DNA of 64,000 nucleotides from Azolla caroliniana (lineage: Eukaryota; Plantae; Polypodiophyta). This document shows, piece by piece, positions 10,818 to 23,419 of the stretch; the stretch's first letter is position 1, and each line of letters starts with the position of its first letter. A program made the position numbers and the translations under genes. The notes beneath the pieces were generated by a model. The model did not search any database, was not told the DNA's origin, and worked only from the letters and a program-made list of their open reading frames with translations. The stretch spans positions 5,518,001 through 5,582,000 of the forward strand of contig JBHGNT010000013.1 of NCBI GenBank assembly GCA_043228905.1, read 5' to 3'.

Positions 10818-11720
10818 TGTCGTGAAAATCCGCCAATAAGCGCGGATCGTGAGGCGGAACCGCCAAGGTTCTGGATAGGAAGGATTTTGGGCTTAACACT
10901 TAATGTATTTTAGGCTTAAAGACGAGCAATTTCCCTGTAATAAGAGTAAATTTGTAGTATAAGAGATCGAATAATAGTTAATTACATTTATGCATAAGCA
11001 AATCTTCGAGTAGGAGATTATGTGAGATTGAATAATACTTAATAATGCTAATAAGTAAGAAAAGCTTAGATTACGAGAGTATGAATGACACTTAATTATC
11101 TTTATACATAAGCAATGTTTAAAATAAGAGAGCATAAGAGAAGAAACATGGAAAAGTTTTTATTACTAAATCATCAATATAACGGACTTGTTTAGATACA
11201 TGAAATTTTTATTTTTATTTTTCTATCTCCCCTTTTGGGGTATAAGAGTATGAGAGAGGAAATATAAATCTTTTCTTCTTCCATCCCTGTATCTCTTCTT
11301 AAAATAAGCTCTTATTTTTCTCCTAAAAAAAGGCTTGTCTATATGAGTTGCGTTTTATTTCTATCACTATTTTATTTTTGTAAGTCCAAATTAGACATGC
11401 AAGCTATTTTTTGAAATCCCTTTGAGTTAGCTTTCTTATGAATGTTTTCTTGTCTAATTTGGACACCGAAGGAGGAAATTATGAGGTTTTTTCTCTACCT
11501 TGCTCCTCAATTCCACGCCTTGCGTTTTTCTTTTGCGTTATTATTATTATTATTATTTTACCTTTTCTACTTTTTTCTTTTACTTTTGAAAATTCGCTTC
11601 TACCTTCTTATCTTTCATCATTTATTACAAAAGTTGACTTCATAATCTTAGTTTATTTCAACTACTACTTTAATTTTTTTTTGTGGTGGTTTTACACTAT
11701 GTGTTGAAAACATCATGACA
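10818..11720 (-). repeat. 3' LTR (~900 bp) of a minus-strand gypsy-type element whose internal region is split by G2
   Basis: Minus strand reads GGTGGGGGTGGA (PPT, 11721-11732) then TGTCATGA; the other end is CACGACA. Confidence 0.65.
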
Positions 11721-11762
11721 TCCACCCCCACCAAACCTGCACATCCACTAGTATGTGCCAAT

Positions 11763-12154
11763 TGTTGACCGGTCAGAAGAGCAAGGACAAGTGGGAAGGC
11801 GGAGTCGGATCAGATAATAGGAAGTAAATAATAGTATAATTATTATTCGGAGGGACGGATCCGGTACAGTTGTACCGATCCGGATCCGGACCGATTCAGA
11901 TGCCGGTTGCCTAAGCGCACCGATTGTAACCTTGCCGGATGCCTATAAAAGGATTCGATGATTTGTAAAGGTTTGGGACGGAAGTAATACAAATAGAATT
12001 ATTGCGTGTTTATTTGTATCTTTGTATTGTTTTACCGTCTGTGCTTAATTGTAATCATCTTACGCGTGTAACCTAGCATCCAATCCTTACCACCCCTTTG
12101 GAGAAGTGTCGGATAGACACCTGTGTTGAGGCTAGTTCAGCCAGGCAGACAACA
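11763..12154 (+). repeat. 5' LTR of G2 (392 bp)
   Basis: TGTTG...CAACA; matches 21384-21759 apart from a ~16-bp indel and a few substitutions. Confidence 0.96.
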
Positions 12155-12160
12155 CTATTT

Positions 12161-12170
12161 TGGCGACCAC
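12161..12170 (+). promoter_or_regulatory. PBS TGGCGACCAC (probably tRNA-Arg)
   Basis: 6 nt after the LTR end; same sequence as in G1. Confidence 0.75.
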
Positions 12171-12206
12171 GATTCCTGCAAAGTGCAGAGGACAACCGGG
12201 GGATGG

Positions 12207-15200
12207 ATGTCTAGACCAAACGACGACCACATCACCGAACGAGGGAGACGATACACCGAACGAGAGCAACGACGGGAAGCCCTGCAGCAAGCCGTCGACG
12301 AGATCCGACGAGATCGGTCATTCTCCAGAACTCTTCGGAGAGTTGCAGAAGAAGCACTGCAATTCCGGGTTTTGCAAGTCCCCGACGAAGGCAGTAGCAT
12401 AACAAGCCTGCAAGAGGCGGAAACGATACTACAAACGCTCGCCGGGGGCGACGGGGACTCGGAAGCATTCGCAACACTTGAGGCGGAGTCGGAAAGCGAC
12501 GGAAGCGTTGCGTCCCGGTATAAAAGCAGCCACGACACACCAAACGACCCGGGGGAAGAGGGGTCGGAAGACTCAGTAACACCGGAGCTAGAGGAAGAAA
12601 TAACCTTGGAGTTCGGTGACCGGCAATCGTCGAGGGAGGCTGACGGGATACCGACTACACCCGCGAAGGAACCGAAGGAGCGGATATCGACAACACCCGC
12701 GGAGGAACCAAAAGACCGGACACCGGCAACACCCGCGGAGGAACTGAAGGAGCGGATACCTGCACCAACCGCGGAGGAACCAAAGGTTCTCACACCGACG
12801 CCAACAGCGGACAGAGAGCGGAGAAAGCAAGAGAGTCAGTTGGACGACACGATGCCGTACCCATACCCAAAGTACCGGGATGAGCCCGACGCGGAGGCAC
12901 ACGTGTACGCATTCCTCCAAACATGGGAAGCCAACCATGTCTCCCAAAGACTGACGGAGCCCGAAGCCGAACGATCCAAAGTCGCCGAATTCGGCATGAC
13001 CTTAGAAGGACCGGCGGCCCGATGGCACGCAAAGCACTTACCGGGCAGCTTTGCCACATTCGATGCCTTGAAGGCCAAATTCCTCAAGCTTTTTCACAGA
13101 CAAGTTGAGCAAAGGGAATTGGTCGGGCAGTTCTACACCACCCGGCAGGAAGAGAACGTGACTGTGCCACAATTCATCATTCGGTTTCAGACCCTACACA
13201 GCCAACTGACGAGAGCACCACCCGAAGACAAAGCCAAAGCAGTCTTTTTGGCCGCGCTGAAAGAGCCACTTCGAACAATGTGCGGAGTCCTTGATTTCCA
13301 CACCAGCACAATGGACCAAGTTATTGATCGGGTCTTAGAAATGGACAAGACTAGCTCCTTCTTATCGATGGGGATGTTACACCGGGCACTTCCGAAGGAG
13401 GAAGACCTGAGGTTCCGACAGGCCTTACAATGCACAACATGCCTAAATTCCGGCCACTCAACAGTAGACTGCACCCTGCGGACACAATGTATGATCTGCA
13501 ACTCTCGAGCCCATACAACGGACCGATGCGAATATAACCTGTTAAATTGGCAGGCAGCACCGGTTCGACACATAGAACCGCGCAATCAGAACCCGGATGA
13601 GGATCGATTCCGGAGAGACGACCGCTACCAACGTGAACGCGGTAACTGATAGAAGACGCGATAACTATGACCGAGAGGAGAAACGCAGAGATAGCTACCC
13701 CCGGGACCGGTACGACCGAGACGAATCCCCGGAATACGAACGACGCAGAGAAGAGAGGCGACAAGGGAACCGAAATTTCCGACGGAATCAAAAGCGTGGA
13801 TTTTTCCGAAGAGAGGAACGTTGGGAGGTAGCAAGGAATGACAACCCGGTATCGGTACCGGATAACTGAAAAAACGAAGACGACCGCCGAAGCATACCCA
13901 CCCTCCAAACCGGGAACAAAGGAGAAACGAGCAACAGTCACAAGGTGTACTGTTATTACTGCCGTAAGGAAGGCCATTATAGTAACCAATGCCCAAGCAA
14001 AACCAATGACAAGCAACCGGCAGTCAACATGGTTACAGCCGAAATAACAGAAGTACAGCAGGTCACAACCCGGTCAAAGGGAAAGATCGCCGAGTGGGAA
14101 GCCCAGGAGGCAATCAGAAAACAAACGGCGCAATGGATCAAGGAGGCCAATGAACAGAATGCGGCAGAAGTAAGAGACCAAAATATACCAAAAGACGAAG
14201 AAATCATACAGCCAGGAGAAAACCCGACGTGGCAAGCGCTACAGGACTGTCAAATCATGCTGCCGTTAGCACGGCTACTACAGTTGGTGCCACGGTTTAC
14301 GGTAGACTTACAGGCATCCGTGAGCAAACCGAAGCCGACGCCAGCACCGGCATTCTTCTCCAACCCGGAGGAAGGACCAACGGTGGTCGATACAAGTAGC
14401 CCGGCGATCACGGCAATCGTGAAAGGAAAGGAAATTGTTGGAACGATTATTGACGGAGGCTCCGGGGTAAATGTCATCAGCCGACAGACATGCGATAACC
14501 TGGGCATCCGGGAATGGGAACCATGCCCCTTCTGGTTACGCATGGCGGATACCAGCTCAGTCCTACCAACTGGGCTTATCCGGGATTTGGAAGTAACGAT
14601 CGGAGGCCACGTATTCCGGATATCGGCCGTGGTGCTGCAGCTGAATGTACAAGGCGCGTACCCCCTACTGCTAGGACGACCATGGCTGCGAACGGCGCAT
14701 ATCAAGCTGAACTGGCAAAAGAACATGATCACATTCCGGCGAGGGAAAACAAAGGTACGAGTACCGACGCAACCACGGGTGATCGCCAGTAAGGAAGCAA
14801 CTCCATTGTATGCGGAGAGCATCAACATGTTGGAGGGATTACCGGACAAGGAAGTCGAGCGGTACCTCGAGGAACACCCACGAATCGTCCCACTATTTGA
14901 GGTGGATATCACGGTGGCAGTAGAACCGTACATCACGACGCCGGACGAACCGGACCAAGCAGCGATCCGAGAACTGCGACAAGCGCAGGAATCCCTAGAG
15001 AGGGAAATGACGATATCCCAGAGGGTAAAAGCATCCCAACTAGAGGAGGTGGACCTCGGCACAACAGACAATCCTCGACTGGTAAATGTCGCGAAGGAAT
15101 TGCCGAAGGAAGAAAAGAAGGCAATAATAGCATTATTAACAGACTTCAAGGATGTGTTCGCATGGTTGTACGAAGACATGCGAGGGCTGGACCCCCAGCT

Positions 15201-17936
15201 CTATCAGCACCAAATTCACCTAAGTACGGACGCAAAACCGATCGCTCAACGCAGGTACCGGATGAATCCGACTTATGCGGCGAAGGTGAAGGAGGAGATT
15301 GATAAGCTCCTCCGGGTCGGATTTATCCGACCGGTCAAGCAGGCAACCTGGCTGAGTCCGATAGTGGTGGTCCCGAAAAAGAACGGCAAAATCCGGGTCT
15401 GCGTGGACTACTGCAAACTAAATGCCGCAACAGTGACCGATGCGTTTCCACTACCATTTACGGACGGGGTGTTAGATGCGGTAGCCGGCCACGAAGTTTG
15501 CAGCTTCCTGGATGGATTTAGCGGCTACAACCAAATACGAATGAACCCGGCCGACCAGGAGAAGACACCGTTCGTTACGGAATGGGGAGTGTTTGTCGCG
15601 GTCGTGATGATGTTCGGACTAAAGACGGCTCCAGCGACCTTACAAAGGATAATAATGGAAATTTTCGGGGAATATATCCCCGGTTTTATGCAGGTCTACC
15701 TTGACGATTTCGCGGTTTACAGCCGGCACGGAGAGCATCTCGATCACCTCCGGCTGTGCTTGGAGAAGTGCCTCGAGTACTGGTTGAGTCTGAACCTGGC
15801 CAAGTGCGTCTTTGGAGTGGCAAGCGGCAACTTACTAGGGCACGTGGTGAGTAAGGAAGGAATCGCGGTAGATCCGGATAAAGTAAAGGCGATTCTCCAG
15901 GTACCAGCACCAAATAACGCAAAGGCTTTAAGCCGGTTCCTGGGCCAAATAAGGTGGCATAGCCGGATGATACGGCACCTCGCAGACTTCGCTACACCTT
16001 TGCATACCGCCGTACACAGAGTACCCTTCCTATGGGCGGAGACGGAGGAGAAAGCCTACCAAGCGTTGAAGGTTATGCTGTCGCAAGCTCCGGTGGTGCA
16101 ACCGCCGGATTGGAGTAAAAGCTTTCATGTCTTCGTCGACGTGTTAGACGTAGCAATCGGCAGCGTTCTGATGCAACTCACGGAGCTAAAATGGTACCGA
16201 CCGGTGTACTACGCAAGCCGGAAACTCTCAAAAGCCGAACGGGACTACTCTACGACGGAACGCGAGGCATTGGGAATGGTGTATAGTGTCACAAAGTATA
16301 GGCACTATCTGCTCGGAAGGAAGTTTTCCTTCCATGTCGACCATTCGGCACTACTCTACCTGGTCTCGAAGGCATCCCTAACGAGAAAATTTGCACGATG
16401 GACACTGTTGTTACAGGAATTTGAATTCGACATTTTCCACCGACCCGGGGCGCAGCATGCGGTAGCGGACTACCTAAGTAGACTTGAATCCAGAGAAGTA
16501 GGGGACGGCGTCCCGGATGAGTTCCCCGACGTCGAGTTGTTCCGGATCACGACGGAACCGACAACGGATGCAACGGTACCCGATGAAGACACGTGGCTAA
16601 CTGAGATGCATCAGTTCCTGAGCACCGGAGTACCCCCGGAGAACATGGACTGCGATGAAAGGAAAAGGGTAGCAGTAAGAAGCAGACATTTCTGCTTGGT
16701 TGGAGACACCCTCTATCACAAGGGGGCAGATGGCATCTGGAGACGAGCAGTGCGGAGCGATGAGAAGGATCTAATCCTCAGGGAAGCCCACTGTGGAATT
16801 GCCGGCGGGCATTATGCCGGCGATGCAACCGCTCGGAAAATATGGCAGAGCGGACTGTGGTGGCCCAACACCCTAAAAGATGCCGTGAAGTATAGCCGAG
16901 AATGCGATTTGTGTCAACGACTGGGCCAAGCCACGGAGCAGGCCCGGATGCCACACCACTCGGTCTTGCCATTGGAACCGTTTCAAAAGTGGGGTTTGGA
17001 CTTTGTCGGTCCCTTCAAGCCATCGGCAATGCGAACCGGAAATCGGTATGTCATAGTGGCGACCGACTATTGCACCAAATGGGTAGAAGCAAAGGCCTTA
17101 CGGGACAACACGGCCGCGTCCACGACAAAGTTCCTGTACGAGTGCATATGGTGCCGGTATGGATGCCCGATCAAGCTTATAAATGACGAAGGAGGACACT
17201 TTCTCGGGTAGGTAGTAGAAAGCCTGACGTCATTTTACGCGGTGGTACATAAAAGGAGTACTCCCTACTACCCTCAAGCCAATGGACTAGCGGAATCAAC
17301 GAACAAAACTCTGCAGAACATCCTACGAAAAATCGTCAACGAGAACCGGACCGACTGGGATATGAAATTGCAAAGCGCGCTATGGGCGTACCGAACAACG
17401 TACAAAACCAGCATCCGGACAACCCCGTTCCGACTAGCATTCGGTTTAGAAGCGGTCATGCCGGTAGAGTTCCAGATCCCCAGCTTACGGATCCAGGTAA
17501 AGGAGCGCTTAAGTGAGAAGGAGTCCGAACGAATCCGGCTGGCGACGTTGTTGGAATTAGAAGAAAACCGAATAGCCAGCTTACTACAACTCAAATTGGA
17601 GCAAAGGAGGAGAAAAGCTTTCGTGGACCGACACGGCGTGGCAACGAAAAGGAGTTTGATGTCGGGAAACCGGTGCTACTGTTCCAGACACGGATGGGGA
17701 ACATGCCAGGAAAGTTGCGGTTTCGGTGGACCGGACCGTTCTGGATCACCAAGGAGTACAATGGGTCGTATCAGCTCGGCACGTTGTCTGGAGAAGTCAT
17801 CGGTAAATGGGCAAATGGGTTTCGGCTAAAGCCGTATAAGGGAAATATGCCAACCAACCCGTTCAAGCAAAACCCGGAAATCCGGCACGATGAGGAACCG
17901 ACACTGATACTGACAAAGACTATCCCGGAAAACTGA
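12207..17936 (+). pseudogene. gag-pol: G2 gag-pol, disrupted by frameshifts (~13645, ~13870, ~17635) and a TAG at 17209-17211
   Basis: ORFs 12123-13649, 13945-17211, 17242- and 17673-17936 are collinear with the G1 polyprotein; IDGGS, YLDD, RNase H and integrase motifs present. Confidence 0.95.
12648..12791 (+). repeat. Four 36-bp coding tandem repeats in the Gag N-terminal linker
   Basis: IPTTPAKEPKER / ISTTPAEEPKDR / TPATPAEELKER / IPAPTAEEPKVL. Confidence 0.85.
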
Positions 17937-18015
17937 CAGAAGGATCCGGTATCAGCGCGAACCGACCCAAACAAATCGGGGGGGGACCAGAAAATGACGT
18001 GGTCCAAACAAACAG

Positions 18016-18055
<40 letters not shown>
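18016..18055 (+). repeat. Internal poly(A) tract A40 between pol and the extra ORF
   Basis: Seen directly; followed by TCAT, as in G1. Confidence 0.95.
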
Positions 18056-18059
<4 letters not shown>

Positions 18060-18411
18060 GGTAATGATGGGGAGATCACAAGAGGTGGGAGCACCACCAT
18101 GCAATGAAGAGGCGCCATGCAGTAAAGGAGGACGTGCGTGTACTTGCTATTTAAAGCATGGAACGTGGGCACCGACTCACACGCAGCAAGCAAGAAAGGA
18201 CATACTAATTATGGCGGGAGATGGACATGCGCGGGAAACAAAAAAGGACGGCTCGAAGCAAAAGCCACTATATAAGACACAGGTCTGCGAAGGACTTACT
18301 TTTTATGAATTTTCCTACACACAAGCGCGGAAGCACAGAAGAGCCATCCGACACACAACGCACACACATCCCGATCCCGAACAACAGACAACAGAAGAGG
18401 AATTCGAACCA

Positions 18412-21333
18412 ATGGTACTGTCGGAGGAGGCACGCCAATGGATGATGGAGAACGGGTTAGAAGGATTGCTACGGATCGCCGACGCTCCACGACACGCAGA
18501 ACCAGAGCAGGCGGCAGCATCGATTGATTTATCAGAAATCACGGAAGGAGCGGTGCAAGCGCTCACGGGGATAAAAGCAGGAGGACTTCAAACAATCGAA
18601 AACCCTTCAAGTGAAATCCTGTTCGAATATTTCAGTGAGTATTCCATCAGCAGCAAGGCGTACCGAACACAGGGCGGAGAGAACCTGCTGTTCGGAGAAG
18701 TGGCCCGCGCCCTGATGGAATACGGATTCATGAATTCTCGTCCCCCGGCCATAGCCAGGTACCAGGCAGCATTGTTAATTGCAACGTATGAAGGATTACA
18801 AGTGGACTAGCTCCATTTCATAACCGAAGGATTGAAGGAGGCCATCAAGAACCTTGTGGAAGGAAAAAAGCCATGGGCCGGGATAGCACAATGGCTAACG
18901 GTGTTAGTCCCACCGGTGCTCCCCATCAAACAAAAGAAAAGAGGTCGGCAGGAGACGACGCCGAAAAAGGTCACAAAGCGCTGACATATCCTGGAGAAAC
19001 ACACCCTAGGATGGACCCAGGAAGAAGCAGAACAACGGGAGGAAGGACCATCCCGACAGCAACAGAAACCGGCAACAAAGGCAAAACCGGCAGGAAAAGG
19101 CAAAGGAAAATCGGCCGAGGAGGAACCAGTAGCGCTCAAACCAATCAATATAACGCTGCGACGGCCGGAACTGGAACCAGAGGTCTTTATACAAAAGGTC
19201 CGTCTGGTAGCCGCACCGGAGGAGGAAGCTGAAACAGAAGACTCATCCGAACCATTGGTAAGACCCCCAATAAGACAAGGTCGGGAGAGACGGGCGAGAG
19301 GACCGGCTCCACCAGTTGACAAAACTCAGCAGAGGGCGCAAGGACCACCTCCAGTAGCCGTGGCGAAAGCAGTACCAGAACCCGTACCGAGGAAAGCAGC
19401 ACCGACACCGGTTTTGCCGAACTTCAGAGAACCGGTCATCCCAGAGAAGAGGAATGAACAAGCGTCGGAGCCAGAGAAAAGGCCGGAAAAACAGCCTGAG
19501 TTAAGGAGTAGAAGTGAGCAAGGCTACCCCGACACAAGAAGCACAAAGCCACAATGGCTGAGATGGCTTTCGGAGCAGTTATCGGGAGTAGCGGACTAGT
19601 TAGAGGAAGAAGAAACGAGTAGGCAACATCTGACGCATACAACAACCCAGGAGTTGGTCGCGCTCCGAACACAGATTGAGGAATTGCAAGGGGAACTGTT
19701 GCAGGCAAGGGAAGGAATTCAACAAGCACAAGTTGTCACCGAGCTGGTCGGGACAACAAGGAAGCAACCAGAACCAGAACCAAAACCGGTAGCCTTGCAA
19801 ACCGGCCCTGAGACCGAAAAAATAATAGAAACCTTACGAGAGGAGTTAAAAGCTCAGGAGTCATTAAGGGAAAAAGAAAGGGAGCAGCGGAAAGCGGTGG
19901 AGGACGACAGACGGAAAATGGAAGAAGGCCTCCGGAAAGGCCGAGCCACTAATGACCGACTGCAAGAAGAAAAAGAGAAGCTGCAAAAGGAGAAGGACCG
20001 ACTGCGTCGACATGCCGAGCAGGAGATAGAACGACTGCAGGAAGAACTCCGACAACAGAAGGACCGGGACGACCGGTTAAGAGCTCAGGTAAACCGACGC
20101 CTAAAGCAGAAGACGGAGGACTTCGACCATCTCTACCGAGATCACAAGTAGGCCGAGTCGGACAACAAGAAACGGGCAGCAGACTACGACCGGCAAATAG
20201 AGAAGCTAAAAGAACAGCTCAAAGAGACCCGATTAGACCTGGCTAAGACAATGGATGAGGTCAGTGCCAAAAAGGAAGCATTATCGGCGAAAATAACCCA
20301 AGCGACGGAGAGAAGGAAGGAATTAGAGGCGCTAAGGCGGGAAAAGCTGGATCTGACCAAGATCAGGAATGAAGAAAAGGAAAGATCGACCTTCACGATC
20401 AACAAACTACAAAGTACCTATGAAAAGAAGAAAGCGGATTACGAGGCCCAGGCTCAGATAATGGCCGACATTATAAAACGGGCAAGGAAGGAAAAGCAAG
20501 AAGCTTATGCGCATGCTAAGGCGGGGGTTGACCGGATCAAGCTCATCATGTCAGGTTGGAGTACCCGAGCTCAGGCAAGCATCAACGAAACTACGGAAAA
20601 GCTATGGAAGGAGTGGTCACAACAGGTAGCCGAGCTGCAGACACTCCGAGCTGATGCCGAGAATCGGAGGAAGACCGGTGACAAGTTCTACAAGATGGAT
20701 GAAGAAAGTATCGTCGCCATTCGGGAAGAATTGTCGGAGGATTTCTACACTTTAGCGGAAGAACATCTAAAAGAAATCCGAGGGTTGGTGGAGAGGTTGG
20801 ATGACGGGCAGCTCGCAACTCAGTTGGAGTTGGAGAAATACGAGCAGGACCGGTTACGATAGGAAGCCAAGGGAAGAACGACGCCAATCACTATAAGTGA
20901 GGGAGGGCGACCGGCTGAAGTTGAACCAACCAACACCGAACAACCCCGACAAGGAATACCCGAAGAAGAACTTCCGTTCGAAGGAAATCAAGAAGAGCAG
21001 GAGCAGACCCATGCCGGGGAAGAAGAAGAGCTGAGACCGGAAGATACCAGAGCAGAGGACGAAGGCGCACCGAGCCGACCAGTCGAGACCAGAGAAAGCG
21101 ACACTGGTAACAGAACAGAGCCTGGAACGGAGGGAGAACAGGAAGAACCCGGACGGAGCGGTGAGGAAGCACCGATACCACAAAATCAAGCAGAGCCGGA
21201 GCAGCAAATTTTTACGGAACAGCCAACCCAATCGGAGGTCGGAGACCAGGCAGGCAAGGAACAGGAATTGGAGGAAGAAGCACCACTTGACCCCATCGAG
21301 CAGAGTGTGCTCGATATTTTGGAGGAAGAATGA
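18412..21333 (+). pseudogene. Extra sense ORF of G2 (~973 codons): conserved N-terminal domain, Pro/Lys-rich linker, long coiled coil, acidic tail; five in-frame stops
   Basis: ORFs 18058-18810, 19255-19599, 19654-20151 and 20251-20862 share one frame that continues to TGA 21331-21333 with no frameshift. The frame is open from 18058, but homology with G1 starts near 18405. Confidence 0.88.
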
Positions 21334-21383
21334 GGCCGGGAGTGGATTCGAAGTGCAAGGCACTTTCCCACGGGCGTGCCATG

Positions 21384-21759
21384 TGTTGACCGGTCAGAAG
21401 AGCAAGGACAAGTGGGAAGGCGGAGTCGGATCGGATAATAGGAAGTAAATAATAGTATAATTATTATTCAGAGGGACGGATCCGGTACAGTTGTACCGAT
21501 CCAGATGCCGGTTGCCTAAGCGCACCGATTGTAACCTTGCCGGATGCCTATAAAAGGATCCGATGATTTGTAAAGGTTTGGGACGGAAGTAATACAAATA
21601 GAATTATTGCGTGTTTATCTGTATCTTTGTATTGTTTTACCGTCTATGCTTAATTGTAATCATCTTACGCGTGTAACCTAGCATCCAATCCTTACCACCC
21701 CTTTGGAGAAGTGTCGGATAGACACCTGTGTTGACGCTAGTCCGACCAGGCAGACAACA
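21384..21759 (+). repeat. 3' LTR of G2 (376 bp)
   Basis: Matches the 5' LTR; followed by the TSD. Confidence 0.96.
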
Positions 21760-21791
21760 CCAATTGTGGTGAGGTTCCTCTTTTAATTACT

Positions 21792-23400
21792 CTACTTCAT
21801 CGATGTTTCTTCTTTATACTCGAACCGCCTTTGCCATCCGATCCACCATATTCTTCGTTCACTCTTTGCACTTCCATGATCGGTTATCATGGATCTCTTT
21901 GCTCCTCTTGAGCATAATGCTTCACTTCTTATGCATGTTCCACCTTCATCTCGGCCATGTCCTTGGTCATCGAATTTTCTTTTATCATTCTTTCTTGTTC
22001 CATGCATACCTTTCGAAGACCTTATCGAAATACTATTCTTGAGTACTCTTAGCGATTCGTTCTTTAGCGGCATGCTCTCCTCTAGGTCCTTAAGTGACCA
22101 AATCGCATGCTTCCCACTTTGTCCAATTTTGTGGTACACTCTCGTCTTGGAGTTGACTGTGACTTCTACAGTAGTATTATCCTTGTTAGATTTTGTGATC
22201 ACATCTTTCATTTCCGCTTGGCCCACTTGGCCCATATCTTTGCTTTTTGAGGTTTGCTTGGTTTTTTTGTTGCACACATTAGCTTTTGCTTTGCTTGACC
22301 TCTTTGTCGCACGCATGGACGTTCGTCGTTTTGCTTTTCTTTACATCCTTGCTGCACACATTGGCTTTAACCCTTGCTTCCTCGCCGCCATAGTCCTTCG
22401 CTTGGGTCTTACATTGGTTAATGCCCAGTCTCTCAAACGAGTGTGGAGCAATATTGTAGTTTGGCATTGCCTTTGTCGTGCTACCTTTAGCCACTTCCAC
22501 CTTATGGTTGTTCTCATCGGCATTGATCTTTGTTTCCTCAACGCCACCTTTTGTCTCTTGGGTCTTACATCGGTTAATGCCCAAGTCTCAAGAACTTTTG
22601 TGGGGAAAGTCTCTTCATGATCATCGTCTACCCTCTTCATCGTGACGTCTCCTTCTTCTTCGCATGTGTTAGCCTCGACCTTCACTTCCCCACCGCCACC
22701 TTCCTCTCTTGGGTCTCACGTTTGCTTTCCGATGCATCTGCCCAAGTCTCTAGAACAAGTGTGGAGAAAGTCTTGACACGGCCATACGCTATTGACTGGT
22801 CTTTAGCCACCTCTGACTCGATGTCGTTTCTCGTAGCTACCTCCTCGATCATGTTGACCTCACACTTTTTATCTCCCTTGATCATGCAAGCTTTGCTCAT
22901 GCTTGCACCTTCATCAATTGATGTTTCCGACACGATGTGTGTTCTGAAACATTTCCTCTTGCTTGAAGTGGCATTCGCCAGCCTCGATTCATTTGATTCA
23001 TTCTTCATCATTGTTTCTTTGCAAGATGAGAAGGTGTCTTGTTCCACACCTTCTCTCGTGGTGCTATTGTACAAAACTTGGGCCTCCGTATTGGTCATAT
23101 CAGGACTCCACCTTTGTTGGGAGGTGTCTTCTTCCTTGATAACAATTTCAATCGGTTTCGGTTCCATTATAAGATTCTCTTTGGCCTCGACTTACACCTT
23201 TAATTTCTCATATGCCTCGTTTATGAAGGCCTCTATGTCGAGTAACATTGAACCTTCCCTCTTCAAGCTCTCTTCTTTAGGTGGTTGTTTGTTGTTACTT
23301 CCTCTCCTCCTTTCACCATCCGTTGTGGGTTGTTTTGTTGTAGATGAGAATCTTGTCTTCCTCTTATCGTGTAGTTGACATACTCTTTCCACTTTATTCT
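21792..23400 (-). pseudogene. Degenerate charged ORF of unknown function with three ~155-bp internal repeats, lying upstream of the PPT/LTR at 11720
   Basis: Chain of minus-strand ORFs 23192-23392, 22682-23167, 22341-22685 and 21792-22316; repeated LETWAL..VRPKR-like motif. Confidence 0.5.
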
Positions 23401-23419
23401 CTTTTGAGGGTCACAACAA

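Larger units (their letters stand above)
11763..21759 (+). mobile_element. Full-length non-chromoviral Ty3/gypsy element G2 (~10 kb) with an extra 3' ORF
   Basis: Paired LTRs, TSD CCAAT at 11758-11762 and 21760-21764, PBS, gag-pol homologous to G1. Confidence 0.97.

Noticed and set aside
18016-18055. Poly(A) tail of an inserted LINE, SINE or retrogene
   Set aside because: No upstream body or TSD, and the tract is at the same position in the sister family.
19654-20862. Captured host SMC- or myosin-like gene
   Set aside because: The coiled coil is generic, has no ATPase motifs, and is in frame with the element's own extra ORF.
21889-23378. Hydrophobic plus-strand ORFs of 243 and 253 aa as membrane proteins
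   Set aside because: They are antisense shadows of a K/E-rich minus-strand frame.
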